The position numbers and the translations under genes are program-made. The notes below the pieces were generated by a model. That model did not search any database. It was given only the letters and a program-made list of their open reading frames with translations, and was not told the origin of the DNA. Positions 19,877 through 28,677 of a stretch of 42,292 nt of DNA are shown here, piece after piece. The stretch's first letter is position 1. Every line of letters starts with the position of its first letter. The DNA is taken from the NCBI GenBank assembly GCA_024181965.1, contig BQXS01000115.1:1-42292 (forward strand), written 5' to 3'. This DNA comes from Aduncisulcus paluster (taxonomy: Eukaryota).

Positions 19877-20016
19877 GATCATTTATTGCTGTACCCAACC
19901 CTAACCTGTCAAAACAACTCAAATTATACTATCATAGTATGATTTTATTTCTGTACAACAGAGTACATTACAGCTAAAGATAATCAAATAATAATAAACT
20001 AATTCCATCCCAATAA

Positions 20017-23000
20017 TTACTCATATTGCGTTGGAATTGGAGGAAGTTTGGCCAATTGGGCAGGAGGTCTCCCCTCGGCCACGGCTTGTCCAACAGCACG
20101 AAGCTGGCCTTCAAGCACGGCTATTTTATCGAGGAGCTTGGCATTTTCGCTTATTTTCATCTTAAGTTCCTGAGATAGCTCTGTAGCCATCCCAGCTCCT
20201 GCCCTTGCTCGCATTCCAGCCCCCTTTACAGCTGCTTGTTGCTGACTTTTCAATTCTCTTCGTAATACATTGACTTCACGCAAAAGCTCAACATTTTCGC
20301 TTAAAATTTTCTGAACATCGGCCTTACGAGCCGCCTGATCCTTTTCCATTCGTTGACGCAGTCCTGCAACCGTCTTTTCGAGGTATAGCATTTGTCTGTG
20401 ATGTTCTTGATCGGCACTCATGTCTGGTTTTTTCTCAGCGACAATCCGACTCACATATCTCTGGAAAAGAAGCTTGACACCATCCTTAAGCACCTTTGGA
20501 TTCTGAATCTCCTTTGCCGTCGCCTGAATATCGGATTCCATTCGCCTTTGTCTCATTTGGAGGGCATTATGAGTTGTCCTGAGATCCTTCACGGTGTGTT
20601 GCAGAGATCTCTGTCGTTGCTCGAGTTCTTGCACCTGAAGTTCAAGAGCACTATTAGCTTTATGGTATCTGTCAATTTCTACATCCATATCTCTAATCTG
20701 TTTCCTCATGTCATTGATATCAGCTTCACGAGGCTCAATTTGTTTCTTAAGTTCCTTTATCTTGTAATCCAACACAAACTTGAACTTTGACAACTCTTGG
20801 TTCTTTTTCTTAAGTTCGTAAATCAACTTTTCTTTCTCCTGAATGGTATCTTCTCTCTCTCTCACCTCTCCTTTCAATCCCTCACGTTCCCTACTGGCGG
20901 CATCATTATCAGCTTTCAGCTTCTCTTTCTGTTCCTTCAATTCAGCGATTGCAAGCTCACACTTGTCAAGCTGAGTCTTAAACATGGCACACTCTCGCTT
21001 AACCATCGTGAACTGTCCACTCACATCCTCAAATTGCTCCTCCTTTTTGTCCAGCTTCTGTTTGAAGTCATCCCTCAGGGAAGCAATCTCGTAATCATTG
21101 TCTTGTTTCATTTGCCTTTCTTTCTCTTCATGTTCCTCAACCAATCGACTCTTCTCTTTCTCGAGACCGACCAATGTCGTTGACAGTTTCTGAATCTCGT
21201 CCTCATACTTTACACTGACCTCATGCTCAATCCTCTCCTGGGCAACAATCAGCCTTTCTCTCTCTTTCGCATGTTCTTCTTCCATCTCACGCTGGAGAAC
21301 AAGCTGACGGTTAATGCGTTCATCTTGATCCTTCAGACGGGCTTGGTATTGAACCTCGAGTTCTTGAACAGTTGCACTCTTGCTCTCTTCAGCAGCTCGC
21401 AACCGACGATCAGTTTCTCTTCTCAGATCTGTGAGCTGTTTCTCGCTGTCGTCGAGACGTTGGTGCACTTCGTTGAGCTCAGAATTGAACTTGTCCTTCT
21501 CACTGTCAAGCTTTTCCTTGAAACTTGCCCTGTCCAAATTCTCCCTATATTCTGACTGTGCTCGGATCTCTTCAATGGAGGCACGAAGGACTAAAATACG
21601 TTTCTTAAGAGTATCAAGGAATTTAGAGCTAGCACACACGATGGATCCAGAAGCAGGAGTGGGAATAGGGACAAGAGCATTCGAGGAGCGGAAAGGAAAA
21701 CTGCCTTTCTCTTCCTCTTCAACAGCTTTAGGCTTCTTAACATCACCTCCAACCTGTTTGTACACACAGATACACCCGTCTTTCCCACCGGTCATGAAAA
21801 ATCTCCCTTCACGGTCAATGCAGAGTGTTGTTACACCTCCACTGTGCCCAAAGGATGAGAAGAGGGATGTATCAGGAGCCTCTGCAGGTTTTCCAAGGCC
21901 AGCAAGAGCAGCAGAGGCTGTGGCAGAGACCGAGGCAGCACTCGCAGCAGCTGTCTCAAGAGGAAGTGGGAATACACGAATACTACCGCATATACCTCCT
22001 GCAACAAGCATTTTCGACCCCTTTGCAGTTCCTTTCCCCTCAATAATCCCAATAACACTCATTGGTGTAGATCCAATGTTGAAATCGGTGGTGGTTGTAC
22101 TTGCACCTTCCCTATAGATTGTTCTGATAGTATTGTCACTCCCACATACGTATGTGACGGTTGAATCATCGGCAGCCACACTGTTATAGCTGCAAGATTG
22201 CACAACACTTTCACTCACTCTCCGGTTATCTCTCAAATCCCAGCAGAACACAGCTCCATCGACACCACATGTGATTAAGTGATCATCACGGGGTCCAGTC
22301 CAGCACACGTCCTTGATTAGACCATTGTGAGATTTCATAGATGTCAGGAACTCACAGTCATAGGCAGTGTACAAATAAGCAATACTTCCACTGACAGCCA
22401 CAAACAAATGTCCTAACTTACTGAATTTAACAGTTGAGACCTTTTTAAGGCTGAGTTCCTTAATGACTGCAATATCATTGTGAAGAATTGATACAACCCT
22501 GAGTTTGTCTTCGAACCCAATCAGAGCCATCTGTCCGTTATTGTGAAGAGAACAGCACAGAGCTTCTCCTTCGAACTTTCTCCAACTTATAAGAGATCCA
22601 TCATTCACATTCCAAGCCCGAACCATACCGTCAGCACTCACACTCATAGCAATGTGACAGGCACTCCTGGCGATGCTCAGCCCTGTAACAGGCTGCGAAT
22701 GGATGGATGTGATGAGAATGTGCATGGCACAAGTGGATGACGAGGCAATTCTCATTCGATCATCTTCCTCTGTCTCTTTCTCCTCTTCAAAGAATACTTC
22801 AACCCCATCCATCTCTTCATCATGGGAGGAGGGTTCCTTCTCTTCGTCTTCTGGGATAATCCGCACAATAGCGCGTACTTGGCCGCATGTCAGAGCACAT
22901 ATAAACCCTTTCCCAGAGGGTGCGCTGGACATGGCAAATACACGAAGGGGAGAGTCAGCAATGGCTGAACTCTGGACAATGGTTCCTGGACCAATCGAAG

Positions 23001-24099
23001 AATAATTCACACTGGGTCCCAGTTGTTCAGATCCACTTACAAGGCCGACACCATCGTAATCAATGGCTGCGGTGGTCGAGGAGAGATCAGTGGCGCTATC
23101 AATGGCATCAGAGAGGGCCTGAGACTGAAGGATTCGTTTTCTTGCATGCTCGAGGGATGAAAATATCACTGGAACATACTCGGAAGGAGCTGCATCAGGA
23201 TGGGGAAGTTTATAATATACAACACGGCCACCTTCGACACACGCAATGAATCCACTGCCCCATGGCAATAAACAATCAATTGGAGCTGGGTGTGGCAAAT
23301 TTATATGCTCATGGACTGACAAACATGCTTTGATTTTGTATTGATCATCAAGAATAAGAACGGCTCCTTCACCACTCGCAACAGCAATTCTGGAATGAGA
23401 TAAGAAACAGAAATCAAATAAAACTCTTGAGGCGGAGAAAGAAGCATCATCAGACACTGGCTTGGCAAGACCAGCACCGGGAACAATAGAAAGGCTCTGA
23501 CTATCTTTTCTAGCACGAACACTGGGACTATACTTACAAACGAAAAGGGAATCCCGTGTTCTAAGAGCGATATGATGAGTTGTGACAGAGTGTGCGCTCA
23601 AGCCAATTTGGGGTGGAGCAAAGGCAATCTGGCTCACTTGAGTAGTAGCAGTAACAAACTCATTGAGAACACATGAATGTCTTTGAGGACTTGTGGATCT
23701 CCACGACATAAGAGTCAAATTAAAAGTTCTGCCAGAAGTTTCGACAAAAGCAAGCAAAGTGGAATCATGAGAGAAAGCAAGCGCTGAAAATTCACTCACT
23801 TCCCCAGTAGATGGGATTACAGTTTTTAATTTAGAAAGTTGAATGTCATAAATATATATTGAAGCGCCTCCTTTGACTTGCTCCGCAATAGCAATATATT
23901 CACGGTTCGGACTCATGCATATGGCAGTAATAGCTTTGCATTTTGGAGATGGCTGGAAAAAACTTTGTTTGTGTGTGGAGATGTTCTCTGACACAACTAC
24001 TCCACCTGAACTATAAATTATTGTTTCTTCATTAAGATAATAAACCGATTTATGTAGGTTAGCTTGGATACCCAAAGCTGACGCTACTTCAAAAGTCAT
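20017..24099 (-). CDS. CFAP57: Cilia- and flagella-associated protein 57 (WDR65), WD40 repeats plus long coiled coil, 1360 aa
   Basis: N-terminal WD40 repeats and the C-terminal signature IYELKKKNQELSKFKFVLDYKIKELKKQIEPRE. First ATG is 24099 (the track start at 24189 is TTG). Confidence 0.93.
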   Translation of the reverse strand: MTFEVASALGIQANLHKSVYYLNEETIIYSSGGVVVSENISTHKQSFFQPSPKCKAITAICMSPNREYIAIAEQVKGGASIYIYDIQLSKLKTVIPSTGEVSEFSALAFSHDSTLLAFVETSGRTFNLTLMSWRSTSPQRHSCVLNEFVTATTQVSQIAFAPPQIGLSAHSVTTHHIALRTRDSLFVCKYSPSVRARKDSQSLSIVPGAGLAKPVSDDASFSASRVLFDFCFLSHSRIAVASGEGAVLILDDQYKIKACLSVHEHINLPHPAPIDCLLPWGSGFIACVEGGRVVYYKLPHPDAAPSEYVPVIFSSLEHARKRILQSQALSDAIDSATDLSSTTAAIDYDGVGLVSGSEQLGPSVNYSSIGPGTIVQSSAIADSPLRVFAMSSAPSGKGFICALTCGQVRAIVRIIPEDEEKEPSSHDEEMDGVEVFFEEEKETEEDDRMRIASSSTCAMHILITSIHSQPVTGLSIARSACHIAMSVSADGMVRAWNVNDGSLISWRKFEGEALCCSLHNNGQMALIGFEDKLRVVSILHNDIAVIKELSLKKVSTVKFSKLGHLFVAVSGSIAYLYTAYDCEFLTSMKSHNGLIKDVCWTGPRDDHLITCGVDGAVFCWDLRDNRRVSESVVQSCSYNSVAADDSTVTYVCGSDNTIRTIYREGASTTTTDFNIGSTPMSVIGIIEGKGTAKGSKMLVAGGICGSIRVFPLPLETAAASAASVSATASAALAGLGKPAEAPDTSLFSSFGHSGGVTTLCIDREGRFFMTGGKDGCICVYKQVGGDVKKPKAVEEEEKGSFPFRSSNALVPIPTPASGSIVCASSKFLDTLKKRILVLRASIEEIRAQSEYRENLDRASFKEKLDSEKDKFNSELNEVHQRLDDSEKQLTDLRRETDRRLRAAEESKSATVQELEVQYQARLKDQDERINRQLVLQREMEEEHAKERERLIVAQERIEHEVSVKYEDEIQKLSTTLVGLEKEKSRLVEEHEEKERQMKQDNDYEIASLRDDFKQKLDKKEEQFEDVSGQFTMVKRECAMFKTQLDKCELAIAELKEQKEKLKADNDAASREREGLKGEVREREDTIQEKEKLIYELKKKNQELSKFKFVLDYKIKELKKQIEPREADINDMRKQIRDMDVEIDRYHKANSALELQVQELEQRQRSLQHTVKDLRTTHNALQMRQRRMESDIQATAKEIQNPKVLKDGVKLLFQRYVSRIVAEKKPDMSADQEHHRQMLYLEKTVAGLRQRMEKDQAARKADVQKILSENVELLREVNVLRRELKSQQQAAVKGAGMRARAGAGMATELSQELKMKISENAKLLDKIAVLEGQLRAVGQAVAEGRPPAQLAKLPPIPTQYE

Positions 24100-24200
24100 T
24101 ATTTTCTCGTTGTTGCCAAAATGGCGAATTTTTTTGGATTTTTTTAAAAAACGCTTAATTCTCTTTCTTTGCGCGAGTTTGTCATTCAAAAGTCATAGAT

Positions 24201-26159
24201 ATGACTCAGTATTTACTGCATAAACTCAATGATGACAATTCTCTTGAGATTACTGCGGCACATTGCATTTTATATGTTGCAAAAGGAAACGTAATGATAA
24301 ATGGCCAACTATGTTATGAAGGCACATCATATTCAATTTATTCAATGCCCCATCATGGTTCTGTGCTCGTATCATGTTTGTGTGATACCTGTATTCATCC
24401 CTATCTTGATCTTTATTCAATTCATCGTCAATCAAGTCTCAGTGCTACTGATCATTCCGAAAAGCTTTCAAAGTTAGCCAAAGAATATAATATTAATCAT
24501 ATAGAAATTGAAAATGCGACCAAAGCTATTTCTTCTGTTTTAGAATATCCCCATTCCGTCGTCTTTTCATTTTTAAAGCAATTTCCCTCAATTTCTCATT
24601 TAACTCCGCTATTTAAGAAACCATCTTCAACATTTTCTGATGATTTAATCAAAGTTAAATCTAATTCTGCGATAGTTGACCATGTAACTCTGAATTGGAT
24701 TTCTGATGCTATTTCCCTTGTCAGAGCTCATAAAGCCGATAAAAGTGTTTTAAAGGATATGTTATACCTTATTTGTGGAAAAAAGAATTCCGGAAAAAGT
24801 TCTTTCCTTTATATTCTGATTAATGTTCTTCGTAGTGTTTATAATGATGTATTTATTATCGATTGTGATGTTGGACAAAGTGAATTCTCCCCTCCATTGC
24901 TGACTACACTCACAAAGACCGAGATATCGAATCCACCTCTTCATTCTCCTTCTTTCCTGAGACATCACGTTCTTAAGTTCTCAAAGGCTTATTTCCTTGG
25001 AAAATACACTGCCACTAACGTCGTTTCGAGACATATTACTTATATTTCAGATCTTATTTGTTCAATTCCACCAAACTCTTGCATTGTGTGCAATAATGGA
25101 AGTTTCGTCTATGGGTATTCGGAAATGCTCCAGCAATCTATTTGTGACACAATGAGAAAAAGAATGGGAGAAATTGAGTTATCTTCCTCCATTCCCTCTT
25201 CTTCCCCAAGTCTCTCTCGAGTGTGTTTTGTTGAAATGAACTCCAAATGTGTCCAATGCAGAGCAATCAAGCCCCAAGTTGATACCAAGCACAAAATATC
25301 GTCTTATAGCGAGATTCCACAACAAAGTTCTGTGAAACCTGCCATTCAACATGACATTGTCGATGAGTCTTTATTCTTTGCTTCCCCGGATAAGGAAATA
25401 GAATCCAAATGTGTCCACTCAAAGTTATTTTCCACCATTCCTTGTTCTATTTTTGGAATTCCAGCTCTTATTTCTCACTCTCATACCACCCATACCCATG
25501 CCCAACTGTTGAGACTTGCATCTATCACAACATACTTGAGTCAAGTTATTTCTTTGAGTGAATCCATATCAGATGAGAAACTCCAGAATGGTGCTCTGGT
25601 CAAACTTTTTCCAACTCCCTTTTCATATATTTCCAGCAATGTGATTACTTTCACCCCTTCCATCAATGTTCGCTTGACATCTCTCGATTCTCCTCTTCCT
25701 TTCCCTTTCTCTGTGACCTCCTTGATTCGGCTTTGTGAGAGTGCTGTGGTTGGGTTATGCATTGGAGAGAGCTGTATTGGACTTGGAGTGTGTCTAAGAA
25801 TCACTGAAACACCGATCAAAGGTGGCAAGAGAAGAAGAATGGGATGGATTACAACCATCGATGAAGTAAGAAGGAAAAAACAGAACATATCGGGCGATAT
25901 CGAGTCCTTGAAGGAGAGTGATGATGAGATTAGCGATTCTACAAGATTATCTACAATATTCCCGCCTTGTACGATGTTCATATCGACCCCAATAACTGTT
26001 GAATCAATGAAAATGGTTAATCACATTATTCTTTCATCTGTTGGAGTTCCTCCACCGTTGTTGCCTGATCAAGGATGCTATATCACTGAATTATCAGGGA
26101 AAGAAATTGCTGGACGTAGTAGAATGAAAGCTCGTGCTATCCGTCGGGATCGAAAATAA
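24201..26159 (+). CDS. NOL9: Polynucleotide 5'-hydroxyl kinase, NOL9/Grc3 (Clp1 family), 652 aa
   Basis: P-loop LICGKKNSGKSS and Walker-B region IIDCDVGQSEFSPP, characteristic of Grc3/NOL9. Confidence 0.8.
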   Translation: MTQYLLHKLNDDNSLEITAAHCILYVAKGNVMINGQLCYEGTSYSIYSMPHHGSVLVSCLCDTCIHPYLDLYSIHRQSSLSATDHSEKLSKLAKEYNINHIEIENATKAISSVLEYPHSVVFSFLKQFPSISHLTPLFKKPSSTFSDDLIKVKSNSAIVDHVTLNWISDAISLVRAHKADKSVLKDMLYLICGKKNSGKSSFLYILINVLRSVYNDVFIIDCDVGQSEFSPPLLTTLTKTEISNPPLHSPSFLRHHVLKFSKAYFLGKYTATNVVSRHITYISDLICSIPPNSCIVCNNGSFVYGYSEMLQQSICDTMRKRMGEIELSSSIPSSSPSLSRVCFVEMNSKCVQCRAIKPQVDTKHKISSYSEIPQQSSVKPAIQHDIVDESLFFASPDKEIESKCVHSKLFSTIPCSIFGIPALISHSHTTHTHAQLLRLASITTYLSQVISLSESISDEKLQNGALVKLFPTPFSYISSNVITFTPSINVRLTSLDSPLPFPFSVTSLIRLCESAVVGLCIGESCIGLGVCLRITETPIKGGKRRRMGWITTIDEVRRKKQNISGDIESLKESDDEISDSTRLSTIFPPCTMFISTPITVESMKMVNHIILSSVGVPPPLLPDQGCYITELSGKEIAGRSRMKARAIRRDRK

Positions 26160-26278
26160 TTTTAGGAAACTTAAATCAATTTTTATAAACCTTTATTGAC
26201 GTTGAATAATAAATAAAATAGATATATGGAATTTATTGCCGTTATAGCATGTTTTCAAAAACTCAAGTCTTTTTTTTG

Positions 26279-26296
26279 TTTGAGTCCGGACTCAAA
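26279..26296. repeat. Perfect 18-bp palindrome TTTGAGTCCGGACTCAAA, 26 nt upstream of ATG 26323
   Basis: Read directly. Confidence 0.9.
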
Positions 26297-26322
26297 ACAT
26301 TTATACATATAATAGTGCTAAA

Positions 26323-28224
26323 ATGAAATTAGATTTTCTTCTTTTTTGTGCATTTTTAGCTTTTCTTTATGTTTCAGCTCAAGAATTGGAAATGACCATC
26401 CTGCACACCAGTGATATTCATGGATGGCTCCTTGGTCATCGTCATGAAGATAATTATGATGCCAATATTGGAGATGTACTGAGTTATCTTGAGCACAGGC
26501 GTGAAACGGAGGAATTCTATTTTTTTGATAGTGGAGATGCTGTACAAGGTACCGGAATCTCTGATGCTGATGATCCACATGGAATTCATGTTTGGGAGTT
26601 TTTGAATCAGCTTGGATATGATGGAATGACTTTGGGGAATCATGGAATTGGAGAAACTGAAAGTATGCCGGTTCTCCATTCTATGATGGATATGTTTGAT
26701 GGAATATATCTCACAGCGAATCAGCGTTATCTGGACGAAGATACTGTATTCGGAAATGCTAAATATAAAACAATCCAACATAAGATTGACGAAACTGAGA
26801 ATCTGAACATTGGTGTGACTGGACTTGTCTATGATGGCGCCGGAACCGATCAAATAATCGTAATTCCTTCTGCAGAGCTTATTGAGGAGGAAGATTTCAT
26901 TAGTTTTGTGAACGATCATGATTTTCTAATATTCCTTGCACACGTTTCTTCAGATGATGAGGAATTGGAAGTTATCTTGGCTAAAATTAGAGATCTCCGT
27001 GGAGAAGATTTCCCTGTCTTGTTCTTAACTGGACATTCACACCAGTTAAGGCGTAATTGGATGCCCTATGGAGTGAACGATGACCATCAGGCTTATTATT
27101 CTGAGCCTGGCTGCTACATGCGTTATATTGTTGGATTAGACATCACTTTCTACCGCGATGAAACCGATCCAGATAGCATCTGGCATTTTAACTATGTTGA
27201 AGGTGGGACAAGCCCTATCTGGTACGATACCATCTATGTTGATCGAGAGGATTTCATTGAAGACACCGGTTTCACTGATTATGAAGATTTCCTTACCCCC
27301 AATGGTATTGCTCTCCAAGACCAGGCTGATACATTTGCCAATCAGCTCGAATTGAATGAGATTGTTGGTTGTGCCAAGTATAAATATTCCAAGAGTGAGT
27401 ATCCCTCTAACCCTGAATCTTTGTTCTACTTATACTTCGAAGCCGTTCTTCCAACCACCGTGTATCCTTACTCCGATTCTCCGTATCCATTCGTGTCGAT
27501 CATGAACAGTGGAAGCATCCGTGGTCACATGTATGAGGGTGAGATTCTCAAGGATGATTTGTACACCATGATTCCCTTTGAAAACGCCTATGTGGAGTTC
27601 CGTGGAGTCACTGGAGAGATGGTGTATGCTATTCTAAACGGAATGAATTATGGAACCGATGATAGCACTGAATTGACAATGCAAGAGTGGGAAAGGAACC
27701 TTGCAAACACATTCTACAAGGATGTTCCATACATGATCTATTCAAACACTGCTGACACAATCCCAGATCCATCCAATACTTATTTGTCCCATTATGTCCT
27801 GAATGAAACCCCGGCCGACATGCAATATGACTCCAAGACTTATTCTTTGATGGTGACCAGCTATGATGCAGAGTATGTACTAACAACTATGCAAACTCTG
27901 TGGCCAGATGATGTGAACGAGTCCTATATGGTTCCTATCGACTATTCTGATGTGGCTCCCACATGCGATGTTGCCCTAGAACAGTACATCATGAACGTAA
28001 TGCCTTGTAAAGCCTTCCATCTTAGTGTTGTTGGGATGGTAGAGGGCGATGCAGATACCTGGGAAGATGACCAGAAGAAAACATTCGGCAACGGATTAGC
28101 CATATTCATTCTCGAGCTTCTTTGCATTGGATTCGCCTGTGCTTGGATAATTGTGAACTACTTGAGCGGCAGGAAAGAGACAACTACCTTAGTTTCTACG
28201 ACTCAAATGATGCCAATTCGCTAG
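26323..28224 (+). CDS. 5'-nucleotidase-family calcineurin-like metallophosphoesterase; signal peptide and C-terminal TM helix, 633 aa
   Basis: ILHTSDIHGWL, DSGDAVQGTGISD, LGNH, AH and GHSH metal motifs; NSGSIRG...DDLYTMIPFEN of the 5'-NT C-terminal domain; hydrophobic N-terminus and GLAIFILELLCIGFACAWIIV anchor. Confidence 0.9.
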   Translation: MKLDFLLFCAFLAFLYVSAQELEMTILHTSDIHGWLLGHRHEDNYDANIGDVLSYLEHRRETEEFYFFDSGDAVQGTGISDADDPHGIHVWEFLNQLGYDGMTLGNHGIGETESMPVLHSMMDMFDGIYLTANQRYLDEDTVFGNAKYKTIQHKIDETENLNIGVTGLVYDGAGTDQIIVIPSAELIEEEDFISFVNDHDFLIFLAHVSSDDEELEVILAKIRDLRGEDFPVLFLTGHSHQLRRNWMPYGVNDDHQAYYSEPGCYMRYIVGLDITFYRDETDPDSIWHFNYVEGGTSPIWYDTIYVDREDFIEDTGFTDYEDFLTPNGIALQDQADTFANQLELNEIVGCAKYKYSKSEYPSNPESLFYLYFEAVLPTTVYPYSDSPYPFVSIMNSGSIRGHMYEGEILKDDLYTMIPFENAYVEFRGVTGEMVYAILNGMNYGTDDSTELTMQEWERNLANTFYKDVPYMIYSNTADTIPDPSNTYLSHYVLNETPADMQYDSKTYSLMVTSYDAEYVLTTMQTLWPDDVNESYMVPIDYSDVAPTCDVALEQYIMNVMPCKAFHLSVVGMVEGDADTWEDDQKKTFGNGLAIFILELLCIGFACAWIIVNYLSGRKETTTLVSTTQMMPIR

Positions 28225-28677
28225 ATATTCTCTACTATACTGAAATATATGCTTTGGTTTATTGTTTTTTTTTTTTTTTTTGATAGTCTTCTCTCATCGT
28301 CATTGTTTTTCTTCAGTTTATAAACGATAATTTATCGGGTTCATGATCATTTTATTTTATTTTATTTTGTAATTCTTTTTTTAGCTCATGTTTAACAACC
28401 ATCATGAGGATACTAAAAAAAACAAATTCACCAAAGTCAGTTCCACACTGATTGTTGAAATTGTGATGAGGTTGCTGATCTAAAAATAGATCTACATTTC
28501 CCAGATATATCTAAAAATAGTGAATAAATTTCAAAATTAAAATAATACGCTCAAAAAGCAAACTTAGAAAAAAAATTATTCGCGATATCTAAAAATAGAA
28601 GCAAAAGATCTAAATTTATATATTCATAATTACTCTACAACGGTTTCCCCACGATGATATATCTCCCTCTTGGATAA

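Noticed and set aside
20392..23522. Many 60-245 aa ORFs overlapping CFAP57, and similar ones inside other long genes
   Set aside because: Antisense or alternate-frame shadows; their composition mirrors the codons of the real gene.
24112..24128. RFX X-box-like GTTGCCaaaaTGGCGA upstream of CFAP57
   Set aside because: Spacing does not fit the X-box consensus, it is not repeated at RSPH3, and RFX factors are not expected in this kind of protist.
28394..28478. Box C/D snoRNA-like pattern (aacaa..ATGAGGA...CTGA ttgtt; GTGATGAggttgCTGA)
   Set aside because: Degenerate C box, A-rich interior and no rRNA-complementary guide I can recognise; would need snoscan with this species' rRNA.
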